A stretch of 64,000 nt of DNA from Mustelus asterias (Eukaryota): contig NW_027590987.1 in the NCBI RefSeq assembly GCF_964213995.1, positions 1-64,000 on the forward strand, given 5' to 3'. The first letter of the stretch is position 1. Every line of letters begins with the position of its first letter. Under the pieces are notes generated by a model. The model was not told the DNA's origin. It saw only the letters and a list, made by a program, of their open reading frames with translations, and ran no database searches. Shown piece after piece: positions 35,436-46,527 of this stretch. Both the position numbers and the translations under genes were made by a program.

Positions 35436-36350
35436 CAATATACATTAATGATTTGGAAGATGGAACTGAAGGCATTGTTGCTAAGTTTGCAGATGATACA
35501 AAGATATGTAGAGGGGCAGGTAGTATTGAGGAAGCAGAGGGGCTGCAGAAGGACTTTGATGGGCTAGGAGAGTGGGCAAAGAAGTGGCAGATGGAATACA
35601 ATGTGGAAAAGTGTGAGATTATGTACTTGGGGAGGAGGAATGGAGACATCGACTATTTCCTAAATGGGGAAATGTTTCAGAAATCAGAAGCACAAAGGGA
35701 CTTGGGAGTCATTGTTCAAGATTCTCTTGAAGTTAACGTGCAGGTTTAGTTGGCAGTTCGAAAGGCAGATGCAATGTTAGCATTCATGTCAAGAGGGCTA
35801 GAATACAAGAGCAGCGATGTACTTCTGAGACTGTATAAGGCTCTGGTCAGACCCCATTTGGAGTATTGTGAGCAGTTTTGAGCCCCACATCTAAGGAACG
35901 ATATGCTGGTCTTGGAAAGGGTCTGGAGGAGCTTCACAAGAATGATCTCTGGAATGAAGAGCTTGTCGTATGAAGAATGGTTGAGGACTCTGGGTCTGCA
36001 CTCATTGGAGTTTAGAAGGATGAAGGGAGATCTTATTGAAACTTAGTGGGAAAAAACTAGAGGGCACAACCTCAGGCTAAAGGGATGATCCTTTAAAACA
36101 GAGATGAGGAGGAATTTCTTCAGCCAGAGAGTGGTGAATCTGTGGAACTCTTTGCCACAGAAGGCTGTGAAGGTCAGTTCATTGAGTGTCTGTAAGACAG
36201 AGATAGATAGGTTCTTGATTAATAAGGGGATCAGGGGTTATGTGGAAAAGGCAGGAGAATTTGGATGAGAAAAATATCAGCCATGATTGAATAGCGGAGA
36301 AGACTCGATGGGCCGAGTGGCCTAATTCTGCTCCTGTGTCTTATGGTCTA
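35436..36350 (+). mobile_element. Degenerate CR1 3' fragment
   Basis: INDLEDG..KFADDTK and RPHLEYC. CR1 tail at ~36275-36348. Confidence 0.85.
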
Positions 36351-37538
36351 AGCTCACAACTCCTTGATTAAAATAAGACACAAGATCCTTCATTCCCCTT
36401 CATTATAACTTAAACTTTTTTTAGCCAACTTCCAAGGCCTGATTTTATCGGAAACATCAAGTCTTTGTTGATTTAAAATCCCAAACATGTTGCCAGCTGC
36501 AAAATCTTTGTTTTAGCTAATTTTAGCTCATTCTGAGTAAATATTCTCACCAGGTCCTCTGTTGGGGCCCTGCTAAGCAGCTTTAATGGTTCATGATTGC
36601 AGAAACTGAGCAGTCACAGGAATGTCGTTAAGATAGTCCAGTCCCATAATGCCTCACATTCAATCTGCAGTCCTTCAATTATAACAGAATATGTGGCTGT
36701 ATGTAGCTGCCTCGGCCATGGTCAACCCCAACACTGCCTTCCTGAACTGCTACAATGCCTGAGGTGTAAGTACACCCACAGTGCTGTTAGGGAGGGATTT
36801 CCAGCTACACATTCCACACTTTCACTAGACTGTAGGTGGATATCAGATTGAGGTATTCCATTCAACCACACCCAAGGTGAGTTATTCCAATTCTGTTATT
36901 GTCCAGGACAATATATTCACAATATCATTAAAACAGAAATTAAACATTCCCATTTGATTTCAGGTATTAACATATTCTGTTAGTTTGTTCTTTATTGTCG
37001 ATGTCAGGCTGGGGTTGTTTCCCTTGGAGCAAAGGAGGTTGAGGGGAGATTTGATAGAGGTGGACAAGATTCTGACAGGTTTAGATAAGGTGGACAAAGA
37101 AAAGCTGTTCCCATTAGCTGATGGGACAAGGATGAGGGGGACACAGATTTAAGGTTTTGGATCAGAGATGCGTGGGGGTGGGATGTGACGAAGAATATTT
37201 TGATGCAGCGAATGGTAATGAGCTGGAACTTGCTGCCTACGAGGGTGGAGGAAGTGGAGACAATAAACAATTACAAAGGAAATTGGATGGGCATTTGAGG
37301 GGATTTCAAACAAAAATAGTGACTCTTAACTTCCTCACACCCTGTCACTCTGTGATCCTTGTGAAATTTGGTAACACGACTCAAAGAGCATCAGCCCACT
37401 GGAGGCAAAGTCATGAGACCGGCCAGTCCAGCAGAAAGAAACCCTCCGACCCTCCCCATTGACCAACTGTGAGAATGAACAAAATGCAGTCCTGGATGTA
37501 ATTGAGAGCAGAAACAATAACAGAAACAACCCCTGGAA

Positions 37539-38549
37539 TCACTCGTGAACTTGTTGGTGTCTCAGCAGGGCGGATGAAAGACTGAATCTCTTCTCACACA
37601 CAGAGCAGCTGAACGGTCTCTCCCCAGTGTGAACTCGCTGGTGTATCTGGAGGTGGGAGGACCGAGTGAATCCCTTCGCACATTGAGAGCAGGTGAACGG
37701 CTTCTCCCCAGTGTGAACTCGCTGGTGTGTCAGCAGGCTGGATGACTGAGTGAATCCCTTCCCACACTGAGAGCAGGTGAATGGCCTCTCCCCAGTGTGA
37801 ACTCGCTGGTGTATCTGCAGCTGGGATGACTGAGTAAATCCCTCCCCACATTGAGAGCAGGTGAATGGCCTCTCCCCAGTGTGAACTCGCTGGTGTGTCT
37901 GCAGGTGGGATGACCGACTGAATCCCTCCCCACATTGAGAGCAGGTGAATGGCCTCTCCCCAGTGTGAACCCGCTGGTGTGTCTGCAGGTGGGATGACTG
38001 AGTGAATCCATTCCCACACTGAGAGCAGGTGAATGGCCTCTCCCCAGTGTGAACTCGGTGGTGTATCCGCAGGTGGGATGACTGAGTGAATCCCTTCCCA
38101 CACTGAGAGCAGGTGAATGGCCTCTCTCCAGTGTGAACTCGCTGGTGTGCCCGCAGGTTGAATGACTGAGTGAAACCCTTCCCACACTGAGGGCAGGTGA
38201 ATGGCCTTTCCCCAGTGTGAACTCGCCGGTGTGACTGCAGGCTGGATGAACAAGTGAATCCCTTCCCACACTGAGGGCAGGTGAACGGCCTCTCCCCAGT
38301 GTGAACTCGCTGGTGTGTCCGCAGGCTGGATAAATGACTGAATCCCTCCCCGCACTGAGAACACGTGAACGGTCTCTCCCCAGTGTGAACTCGCTGGTGT
38401 GACTGCAGGCTGAATGACTGAGTGAATCCCTCCCCACACTGAGAGCAGGTGAATGGTCTCTCCCCAGTGTGGTTGCGCCGATGAGCTTCCAGCTCTGATG
38501 GGGCTCTGTATCTCTTCCCACAGTCCCCACATTTCCACGGTTTCTCCAT
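37539..38549 (-). CDS. ZNF-F: 336-aa protein with 12 C2H2 fingers
   Basis: ACCATGG start at 38549 and uninterrupted array. Same subfamily as D and H. Confidence 0.9.
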   Translation of the reverse strand: MEKPWKCGDCGKRYRAPSELEAHRRNHTGERPFTCSQCGEGFTQSFSLQSHQRVHTGERPFTCSQCGEGFSHLSSLRTHQRVHTGERPFTCPQCGKGFTCSSSLQSHRRVHTGERPFTCPQCGKGFTQSFNLRAHQRVHTGERPFTCSQCGKGFTQSSHLRIHHRVHTGERPFTCSQCGNGFTQSSHLQTHQRVHTGERPFTCSQCGEGFSRSSHLQTHQRVHTGERPFTCSQCGEGFTQSSQLQIHQRVHTGERPFTCSQCGKGFTQSSSLLTHQRVHTGEKPFTCSQCAKGFTRSSHLQIHQRVHTGERPFSCSVCEKRFSLSSALLRHQQVHE

Positions 38550-39149
38550 GGTGCAGGTGTCCTTACCTCTCTCTTGGGTGGACAATCAGTTGAAGTCTCG
38601 TCCACACTCACAACACGGGTACAGTCTCTCCCTGCTGTGAATGGTGTGATATTTATTCAGGCTGTGTAACTGGTTAAAGCTCTTTAGTTAGTGCACTGGA
38701 ACACTCTCACTCGAGTGTGGCAGTGTGTTGCTGCTTTTCCAGTCACACTGACATTTCAAATCTTTTCAAATCAACAGACTGGACAATCATTTCTCCTTCC
38801 AGATTCAAAGTCCGATGATATTCAGCTCCCAAGGAATATGACTCTGTCAGATCTAGACGTGACGTTTGAGATTTCGGCCTGTGATTCCTCTTTCAATATC
38901 CTGTAAAACAGGTTGACAAAAGTCATCAGTGTCAGTACAGGATAGAAATTCAGAACAGACAATTCTAGTTTCTATGGAACATTCTTTCCTATTTCAGTCC
39001 CAAAAAGCTGTAAATTTCCATCCCACACACTCTCCCTCCATTCTCACTCTGCTGTATCTAATATTCACCCTCCCAATTCTCCTGAAGGTGCTGATTGAGG
39101 CTGATTGACAGATCCATGCTCACTGCTTCCTGTCCTGGACACAGAGACC

Positions 39150-39560
39150 ATAACAAATAGGAGCTGCAGTCGGCCATTTGGCCCATCGATTCTTTTAAAC
39201 TATTCAATGAGATAATTCGTTCATCTACCTCAGCATCATTCTCCCCACACTAAACCCATATCCCTTGATATATTCAATATCTAGAAACCAATCAATCTCT
39301 CTCTTGCAAGTAGTTGATGACTGAGGCTTCACTGTCCTCAGGGATTGAGAATTCCAAAGCTTTCCCACATCCTTGAGTGAAGAAATCCCCCCACGTCTTA
39401 GCTTTTGCTCCATCTTCTTGTCTGTTCCCCATAACCCTTGACACCCTTGTCAGTCAAAGATCTGTCTAACTGGAATATATTCAATGATCCTCAGCCTCCA
39501 CTGGTCCCTGTGGAAGAGAAATCCAAAAGACTAACAACCCTCTGAGGGAAGAGATGTCTG
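39150..39560 (-). mobile_element. Two degenerate CR1 3' fragments in the ZNF-F intron
   Basis: Minus strand carries CR1-type end motifs (FFTQ.V..LWNS-like and GATGGGCCAAATGGCC). Confidence 0.55.
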
Positions 39561-39705
39561 GAAATATATAACGTAGCTACAGTTCCATATTACAAGATAT
39601 TCAGATCCCAAGGAATATGGCTCTGTCTAGACGTGACGGTTGAGATTTTTGCCTTTGATTCCTCATTCAATATCCTATGAAATGAGTTTGCAAAAGTCAT
39701 CACAG

Positions 39706-40067
39706 TCATAGAATCATAGAAACCCTACAGTGCAGAAGGAGGCCATTCGGCCCATCGAGTCTGCACCGACCACAATCCCACCCAGGCCTTACCCGCTAAT
39801 CCCTTTTTTTTTTTACCCGCTAATTTACCCGCTAATCCCTCTAACCTACGCATCCCAGGACTCTAAGGGACAATTTTTAACCTGGCCAATCAACCTAACC
39901 CGCACATCTTTGGACTGTGGGAGGAAACCGGAGCACCCGGAGGAAACCCACGCAGACACGAGGAGAATGTGCAAACTCCACACAGACAGTGACCTGAGCC
40001 GGGAATCGAACCCAGGACCCTGGAGCTGTGAAGCAGCAGTGCTAACCACTGTGCTACCGTGCCGCCC
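39706..40067 (-). mobile_element. Young V-SINE, tail type A
   Basis: Nearly identical to 11461-11801. Inserted in a duplicated splice-acceptor block. Confidence 0.9.
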
Positions 40068-40589
40068 CTGTCAGTATAGGATAGAAATTCAGAGCAGCCA
40101 ATTCTAGTTTCTATGGAACATTCTTTCCTATTTCATTCCCAAAAAGTTGTAAATCTCCATCCATATCTATGGATTCTATTTAAAAACGAAAGTGGATGGG
40201 CATTTGAAGGAAATAAACTTTCAGGAGAATGGGGATATAGAGGGGGATTGGGACTGGAATGTTATACAGAGAGTCAGAATGGACTCGAGTTACCGAATGG
40301 ATTCCTTCTGTGCTGTAATGACTTTATGACTGGAAATGTATAACATCGCTATAGCATTATATTACAATGCAAGAACTAATAATAAAAGTATTTTATTACA
40401 GAAACATAAATAATATATCTAATCTGGGTACCATATAATAACACTAGACAGATCTCTGTCCTATATTAACATACTGTCCCCTTAAATGTCAGCCATCTCC
40501 TGGGGAAAGCTGCCCTTTAATGTGAACATGAGGAAAAAGACCATCCTTTTCGACAGACAAATAAATGTGTCAAGCTGAGGGAGCAAAGG

Positions 40590-41068
40590 ATGTTCACCAG
40601 GCTGATTCAGGGAATCGCGGGACTGATGTATGAGGAGAGATTGACCAGGTTAGAATTGTTTTCGTTGGAGTTCAGATGAATGAGGGGGGAATCTCAAAGA
40701 GACTTATAAAATTCTAACAGGTCGAGACAGGATAGATGCAGGGAGGATGTTCCCGATGGAGTCCAGAACCAAGGGTCACAGTCTGAGGATTCAGGGCAGA
40801 CCATTTAGGACGGAGGTGAGTAGACATTTCTTCACCCAAAGAGTAGTCACCCTGTGGAATTCATTACCACAGGAAGTAGTTGGTGCCAAAACATTGAATG
40901 TATTCAAGAGGCGGCTGGATAAAGCACTTGGGGTGAATGGGATCACAGGTTATGGGGAAAAAGCAGGATTAGGCTACTCAGTTGGATGATCAGCCATGAT
41001 CATAATGAATGGCGGAGCAGGCTCGAAGGGCCAAATGGCCTCCTCCTGCTCCTATCATCTCTGTTTCT
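40590..41068 (+). mobile_element. CR1 3' fragment
   Basis: FFTQRVVTLWNSLP motif and CR1 tail. Absent from the homologous ZNF-B intron at ~5590. Confidence 0.85.
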
Positions 41069-41245
41069 ATATCAATGTCTTTAAGAGAGAGCGAGAGGGA
41101 GACCTGGGCCAACCTTTCCAGAGTCTGCAGCCTCCCTGGATTCACTTCCTTTCCCTTCAGTTGCTGCAAGTCCCCAATTTCCCCCAGAATGAGAAAAGAA
41201 ATGGAAAGGGGGAGAAAAGAAAGTGTGTTACTCACAGATGTTGGC

Positions 41246-42778
41246 CTCTTTTAGGTCAAAACAAATAAACAAACTCAGATTAAGTCAGGACAAAGTAAAA
41301 GGGGCAGCTCCCCAAAAGGAGGGAGAACAGTCCGAACAGAAATCAAAGTACAAAGGAAACTTAAAAACATCAAATTAAAATGTGATTATTAGGGTCGATA
41401 ACGCACCCCAACCCCTGCGGTGCCCAGCGGGCGCGGAAGGCGTCAACCGCGCCCGTGGACACCGCATGCTCCCTCTCCAGGGACACCTGGCCGCGAACGT
41501 AGCCGCGGTAGAGGGGAAGACAGTCAGGATGGACGGCCCCCTCGATCGCCCGCAGCCTGGACCGGTAAATGGCGCGTTTCGCCAGGCCCAGGAGCAGGTT
41601 CACGAGGAGGTCGCCATCCCGACCCCAACAAAAAGAAAGTGCAACCTAAGACACAAAACATAGACATGGTCCACGGACTTCACAAGGCCACAGAAGGGGC
41701 AAGCTTCATAGCCCGTGAACCAGTGAATCCTACGGTTGTGCGGAACTGCTGCATGCATCACCCTTCACCCCAGGTCCCCGATGTAATTGGGGCAATCCCT
41801 CCGTAGAGGGACCTCTACGGAAACAAGGCCCGCCAAGGTGTATCCGGGCGACAGGCAAGGAGGCGGTAGTGGAAGGTGTGCAGCAGCAGCCCACACAGGA
41901 AACGCCTCCGCGCGGTAGGAAAAGGCACGGAGGACATTTCCACGAGGCGGCTCAGGCTGTGGGGCACCTGACCCGAGGAGGAGGGTTGAAGTTTTGGGCC
42001 AATGTGGAATTCTGTCCGAACAGGGGAACGCTCGGGCGGGATCCCACCGCACGCCTGCGCCGCCTCGAGTTTGCGTGCAGTTTCGGGGCCGAGCACGACC
42101 GTCCTAAGGTCTAGGATGGCTTTGGCCGTGTGCCGGACGGTCGTCCCCACGCACTCAGCCAGCACGCGGGGGCCCATCCAGCCCGCTCCTCCGCCATCGA
42201 GCACGTCCCCGATTCTGGTCACCCCGGCGTCCACAGCCCTCCTCTCCGCCAGCCACCTGAAGTCATACGGCTGGAGGAGCGGATTCCTGAGCAGCGGCTC
42301 TCGCACGAGAGCTGCTACTCCTGACGGGGGAGAGCTGTGTCGCGAGGCGACCGTGTTCCAGACGGTGAGGTAAAAGATGGGCAACTCCTGCAGGGCGGTC
42401 GAAGCACGCCCCAGTTCGATATGCAGGAGCTGCACGTCATAATTGAGGCCGTGCCAGTGGCAGAAGAAATATGGCACACCATTGTGGAGGGGGCTCAACG
42501 TAAAGGTACCTTTAGCGGAAGGTCGCTATCTGAGTGCGGAGGCACACCAGACCTTGTCCGCCCTCCTCAAGCGGGAGATACAGAACCGCAGCAGGGACCC
42601 AGTGCAGTCGATTGCCCCAGAAGAACCGCAGGAGGGTTCTCTGGATATTGGCGACAAAGTAAGAAGTTTAACAACACCAGGATATTGGCGACAAAGCCAG
42701 GGGGAGGGGTCTAAGGGACCAGCCGGTACCACAGCATGGAGGCGAGCAGCTGGTTTATGACGAGAACCCGCGCCCGTG
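41246..42778 (-). mobile_element. Tx1/L1-clade LINE, ORF2 3' part plus T-rich 3' UTR
   Basis: GC-rich. Reads RVLVINQLLASMLWYRL..LEEGGQGLVC, then LP.FY..W..REPLLRNP, ending NLLLGLAKRAIYRSR..F..RW, as in the Tx1-type ORF2 C-terminus. Confidence 0.75.
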
Positions 42779-43004
42779 AATGGTCACAAACACTCACCTC
42801 TGAAACAATTTAACTGATTTTAATATTAAAATCTCCTGCTGGAGCCTGCAGCTGGAAAGATATCAGAAGCATTGGCATCAGAGAAAAATCTCCCAGTTGA
42901 GGAAATCCCCGGGGAGCGGGGGTGATGTCACTGTGCAATTGTAAGTATGTGATGAGATCACAGACAGGAACACAGAATACCTGGGTCTGTGCAAACCAGT
43001 GAAC

Positions 43005-43165
43005 ACCACACATTATGGAGGATGTGAGGCTCCTTGACAGGGTGCAGAGGAGATTTATCAAAATGGTTTCAGGGATGAGGAATTATAGTTACAATGTTAA
43101 GCTGGATAACTTGGGGTTGTTCTCCTTGGAGCAAAGTAGATTGATTGAGGTGTACAAGGGTACAT
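43005..43165 (+). mobile_element. Short CR1 fragment
   Basis: DRVQRRFIKMVSGM..LGLFSLEQ. Confidence 0.7.
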
Positions 43166-43205
43166 GGAGGTGTCAAAGTTTACATGCTCTGTTTACACCT
43201 GTACA

Positions 43206-43310
43206 AGCCCTGACTATGGGTCATCCAGTCTCGAAACGTTGGTTCTATTCTCTCTCCACAGATGCTGTTAGATCTGCTGAGATTTTCCAGCATTTATTGT
43301 TTTTATTTTC
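43206..43310 (+). repeat. Second PLE-type repeat with degenerate hammerhead motif
   Basis: CTGACTA-T-GGGTC-ATCCA-GTCTC-GAAA-CGTT followed by CAGATGCTG..CTGCTGAG..TTCCAGCAT. Related copies at ~48195, ~54710 and ~57010-57170. Confidence 0.55.
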
Positions 43311-43439
43311 CTTTCTTTTTCCTTCTCTACCACCGCTCTGCCTCATCAATAAGACATTGGGACTCAGGGTTGATGCAGTTTGATGGACAGGTTGTCTCCA
43401 TTCTGAGCACTGGGGAACAAGCCCCTCCCACTGATTGAC

Positions 43440-43880
43440 AACATTGCCCTCTACAAACATGGCGGCCGCACGTGCGCACTGCTGCATATTGCCCCCAATA
43501 AAGATGGCGAACGTTAACCCGGGACGAACACGAGGAGCTGCAGCCCTTCTCGGTACAAACTGGGTCCGAGAAGTTCTCTTCCGCGGTTTGCGGCTGACAC
43601 AACATGCTTACGCAGCGTTTCCACCCACCTGGACGATCCATTGCTCTCTCCGTACCTCCAATCACCTCTAACAGATTTCCGAGCCCAGAACAAAAGCCGT
43701 TTCCCATCGCCATTACTCACACTGCGCATGCTCCAGTCAAAGCTGGCCCCGCCCCTCTTTCGCTCCCATTGGTTGGAGGACCGACCGCTCCAAGTCGGTC
43801 CTCCAGCACTGTCCCCTCTTCCCATTGGTCCGCGCTGCCGTCAATCAGCCGGGCATTGTGACGGTGATTTGCTGCTTGTC
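43440..43880. promoter_or_regulatory. CpG promoter module, inverted homolog of 17240-17455, upstream of ZNF-F
   Basis: ACATGGCGGC and AAGATGGCG (YY1), ACTGCGCATGCTC (NRF1-like), GC box, ATTGG x2, 12-bp perfect inverted repeat. Confidence 0.65.
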
Positions 43881-43949
43881 CAATAATAACAGGAAGAAGT
43901 TTAACAACACCAGGTTAAAGTCCAACAGGTTTATTTGGTAGCAAACGTC

Positions 43950-43988
43950 ACACAAGCTTTCGGAGCCTCAAGCCCCTTCTTCAGGTGA
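43950..43988 (-). ncRNA. Minimal type I hammerhead ribozyme (intact core)
   Basis: Minus strand CAC-CTGAAGA-A-GGGGCT-TGA-GGCTCC-GAAA-GCTT-GTG. Confidence 0.72.
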
Positions 43989-45027
43989 GTGGGAATTCTG
44001 TTTACAAACAGGGCTTATAAAGACACAGACTCAATTTACAGAATAATGGTTGGAATGCGAATCCTTGCAGCTAATCAAGTCTTAAAGGTACAAACAATGT
44101 GAGTGGAGAGCTTCCACTCTAAACACGTTAAAGAAGCCATCCCCGACGGACAAGCCCTCCGTACACACAGGATCTGCTCGGATGAGGAGGATCGCAACAG
44201 ACACCTCCAGATGCTGAAAGATGCCCTCATAAGAACAGGATATAGCGCTCAACTCATCGATCAACAGTTCCGACGCGCCACAGCGAAAAACCGCACCGAC
44301 CTCCTCAGAAGACAAACATGGGACAAGGTGGACAGAGTACCCTTCATCGTCCAGTACTTCATCGGAGCGGAGAAGCTACGGCATCTCCTCTGGAGCCTTC
44401 AACATGTCATTGATGAAGACGAACATCTCGCCAAGGCCATCCCCACACCCCCACTTCTTGCCTTCAAACAACCGCACAACCTCAAACAGACCATTGTCCG
44501 CAGCAAACTACCCAGCCTTCAGGAGAACAGTGACCACGACACCACACAACCCTGCCACAGCAACCTCTGCAACACATGCCGGATCATCGACACAGATGCC
44601 ATCATCTCACGTGAGAACACCATCCACCAGGTACACGGTACATACTCTTGCAACTCGGCCAAAGTTGTCTACCTGATACGCTGCAGGAAAGGATGTCCCG
44701 AGGCATGGTACATTGGGGAAACCATGCAGACGCTGTGACAACGGATGAATGAATACCACTCGACAATCACCAGGCAAGACTGTTCTCTTCCTGTTGGGGA
44801 GCACTTGAGCGGTCACGGGCATTCGGCCTCTGATATTCGGGTAAGCATTCTCCAAGGCGGCCTTCACGACACACGACGGCGCAGAGTCGCTGAGCAGAAA
44901 CTGATAGCCAAGTTCTGCACACATGAGGACGGCCTCAACCGGGATATTGGGTTCATGTCACACTATCTGTAATCCCCACAACTTGCCTGGACTTGCAGAG
45001 TCTCACTGGCTGTCCTGTCTGGACAGT

Positions 45028-45694
45028 GGGGCGGCACGGTAGCACAGTGGTTAGCACTGCTGCTTTACAGCTCCAAGGACCTGGGTTCGATTCCCGGCTT
45101 GGGTCACTGTCTGTGTGGAGTTTGCACGTTGTCTGCGTGAGTTTCCTCTGGGTGCTCCGGTTTCCTCCCACAGTCCAAAGATGTGCGGGTGAGGTTGATT
45201 GGCCGTGCTAAAATTGCCCTTAGTGTCCTGAGATGCGTAGGTTAGAGGGATTAGTGGGTAAATCATAGAAACCCTATAGTGCAGAAGGAGGCCATTCGGC
45301 CCATCGAGTCTGCACCGACCACAATCCCACCCAGGCCCTATCCCCACATATTTTACCCGCTAATCCCTCTAATCTACGCATCTCAGGACTCTAAGGAGCA
45401 ATTTTTTAACCTGGCCAATCAACCTAACCCGCACATCTTTGGACTGTGGGAGGAAACCGGAGCACCCGGAGGAAACCCACGCAGACACGAGGAGAATGTG
45501 CAAACTCCACACAGACAGTGACCCGAGCCGGGAATCGAACCCAGGACCCTGGAGCTGTGAAGCAGCAGTGCTAACCACTGTGCTACCGTGCCGCCCCGGA
45601 TATGGGGGTAGGGCCTGGGTGGGATTGTGGTCAGTGCAGACTCGATGGGCTGAATGGCCTCTTTCTGTGCTGTAGGGTTTCTATGATTCTATGA
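45028..45694 (+). mobile_element. V-SINE (45028-45260 plus 45598-45694) containing an antisense SINE
   Basis: Head and V-domain, then the tail resumes after the inner copy. Confidence 0.88.
45261..45597 (-). mobile_element. Young V-SINE nested in a SINE nested in a PLE
   Basis: Full-length, near-identical to 11461-11801. Confidence 0.9.
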
Positions 45695-45846
45695 ATACAC
45701 ATCTCTTTAGCCTGTCTTGATGCTGTCTCCACTCACATTGTTTGTACCTTTAAGACTTGATTAGCTGTAAGTATTTGCATTCCAACCATTATTCTGTTAA
45801 TTGAGTTTGTGTCTTTATATGCCCTGTTTGTGAACAGAATTCCCAC

Positions 45847-45885
45847 TCACCTGAAGAAGGAGCTTAAGGCTCCGAAAGCTTGTGG
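45847..45885 (+). ncRNA. Minimal type I hammerhead ribozyme (intact core)
   Basis: TCAC-CTGAAGA-A-GGAGCT-TAA-GGCTCC-GAAA-GCTT-GTGG: stem I TCAC/GTGG, stem II hairpin, palindromic AAGCTT as stem III, CUU cleavage triplet. Confidence 0.75.
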
Positions 45886-46527
45886 CTTTTGCTACCAAAT
45901 AAACCTGTTGGACTTTAACCTGGTGTTGTTAAACTTCTTACTGTGTTTACCCCAGTCCAACGCCGGCATCTCCACATTAGTAATAACAGTGACAGAGTCT
46001 CAGTGTAACAATGACACACACAGGCTCCAATTCATTCAGAGTGGAGATGGGGCACAGAGACAACACAGCAAAGCACTGACTTACTCTGAGTGTAACAAAT
46101 ACAATGTTTGTTAAAATATTTAGAGTCACATTGCAGTATGTTAGTGAACACAGCATTGGATCCAATGTAATGGTAATACAGTCAGTATCTCGTGCACCAG
46201 AACCAAAGTTTAGGTTTCATTTGATAGTGTGAGTCAGTCATGGTCCATTGATATAATGTATTTAAATTCCGATGTGTGTTACTCTGCCACTGTCATTATC
46301 GGACAATAACCTGTCTGTCATTCCAATTCTGCTGTATATTACAACTGCAGTTTCAGTGTCTCTGAGGTCATTTTAACTGCAGGTAATCTGACATTAAGGG
46401 AGACAAGAGGCCCAACAAACATTTGATTATAATAGGACGACAAAGTGCAAGGGAACAATGATATTTTAAGGTGTCTGTGTTATAGTGAGTGTCACTGGGA
46501 GGTGAGTGATAAAATACAAGTGGAAAT

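Larger units (their letters stand above)
43893..45980 (+). mobile_element. Penelope-like element with inverted pseudo-LTRs and GIY-YIG endonuclease region
   Basis: ORF with C..NLCNTC and VVYLIRC..CPEAWYIGET (GIY-YIG), internal TGA at 44736, ends EDGLNRD. 43893-44110 is an inverted copy of 45725-45940. TSD TAATAACAG at 43884-43892 and 45981-45989. Confidence 0.9.
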
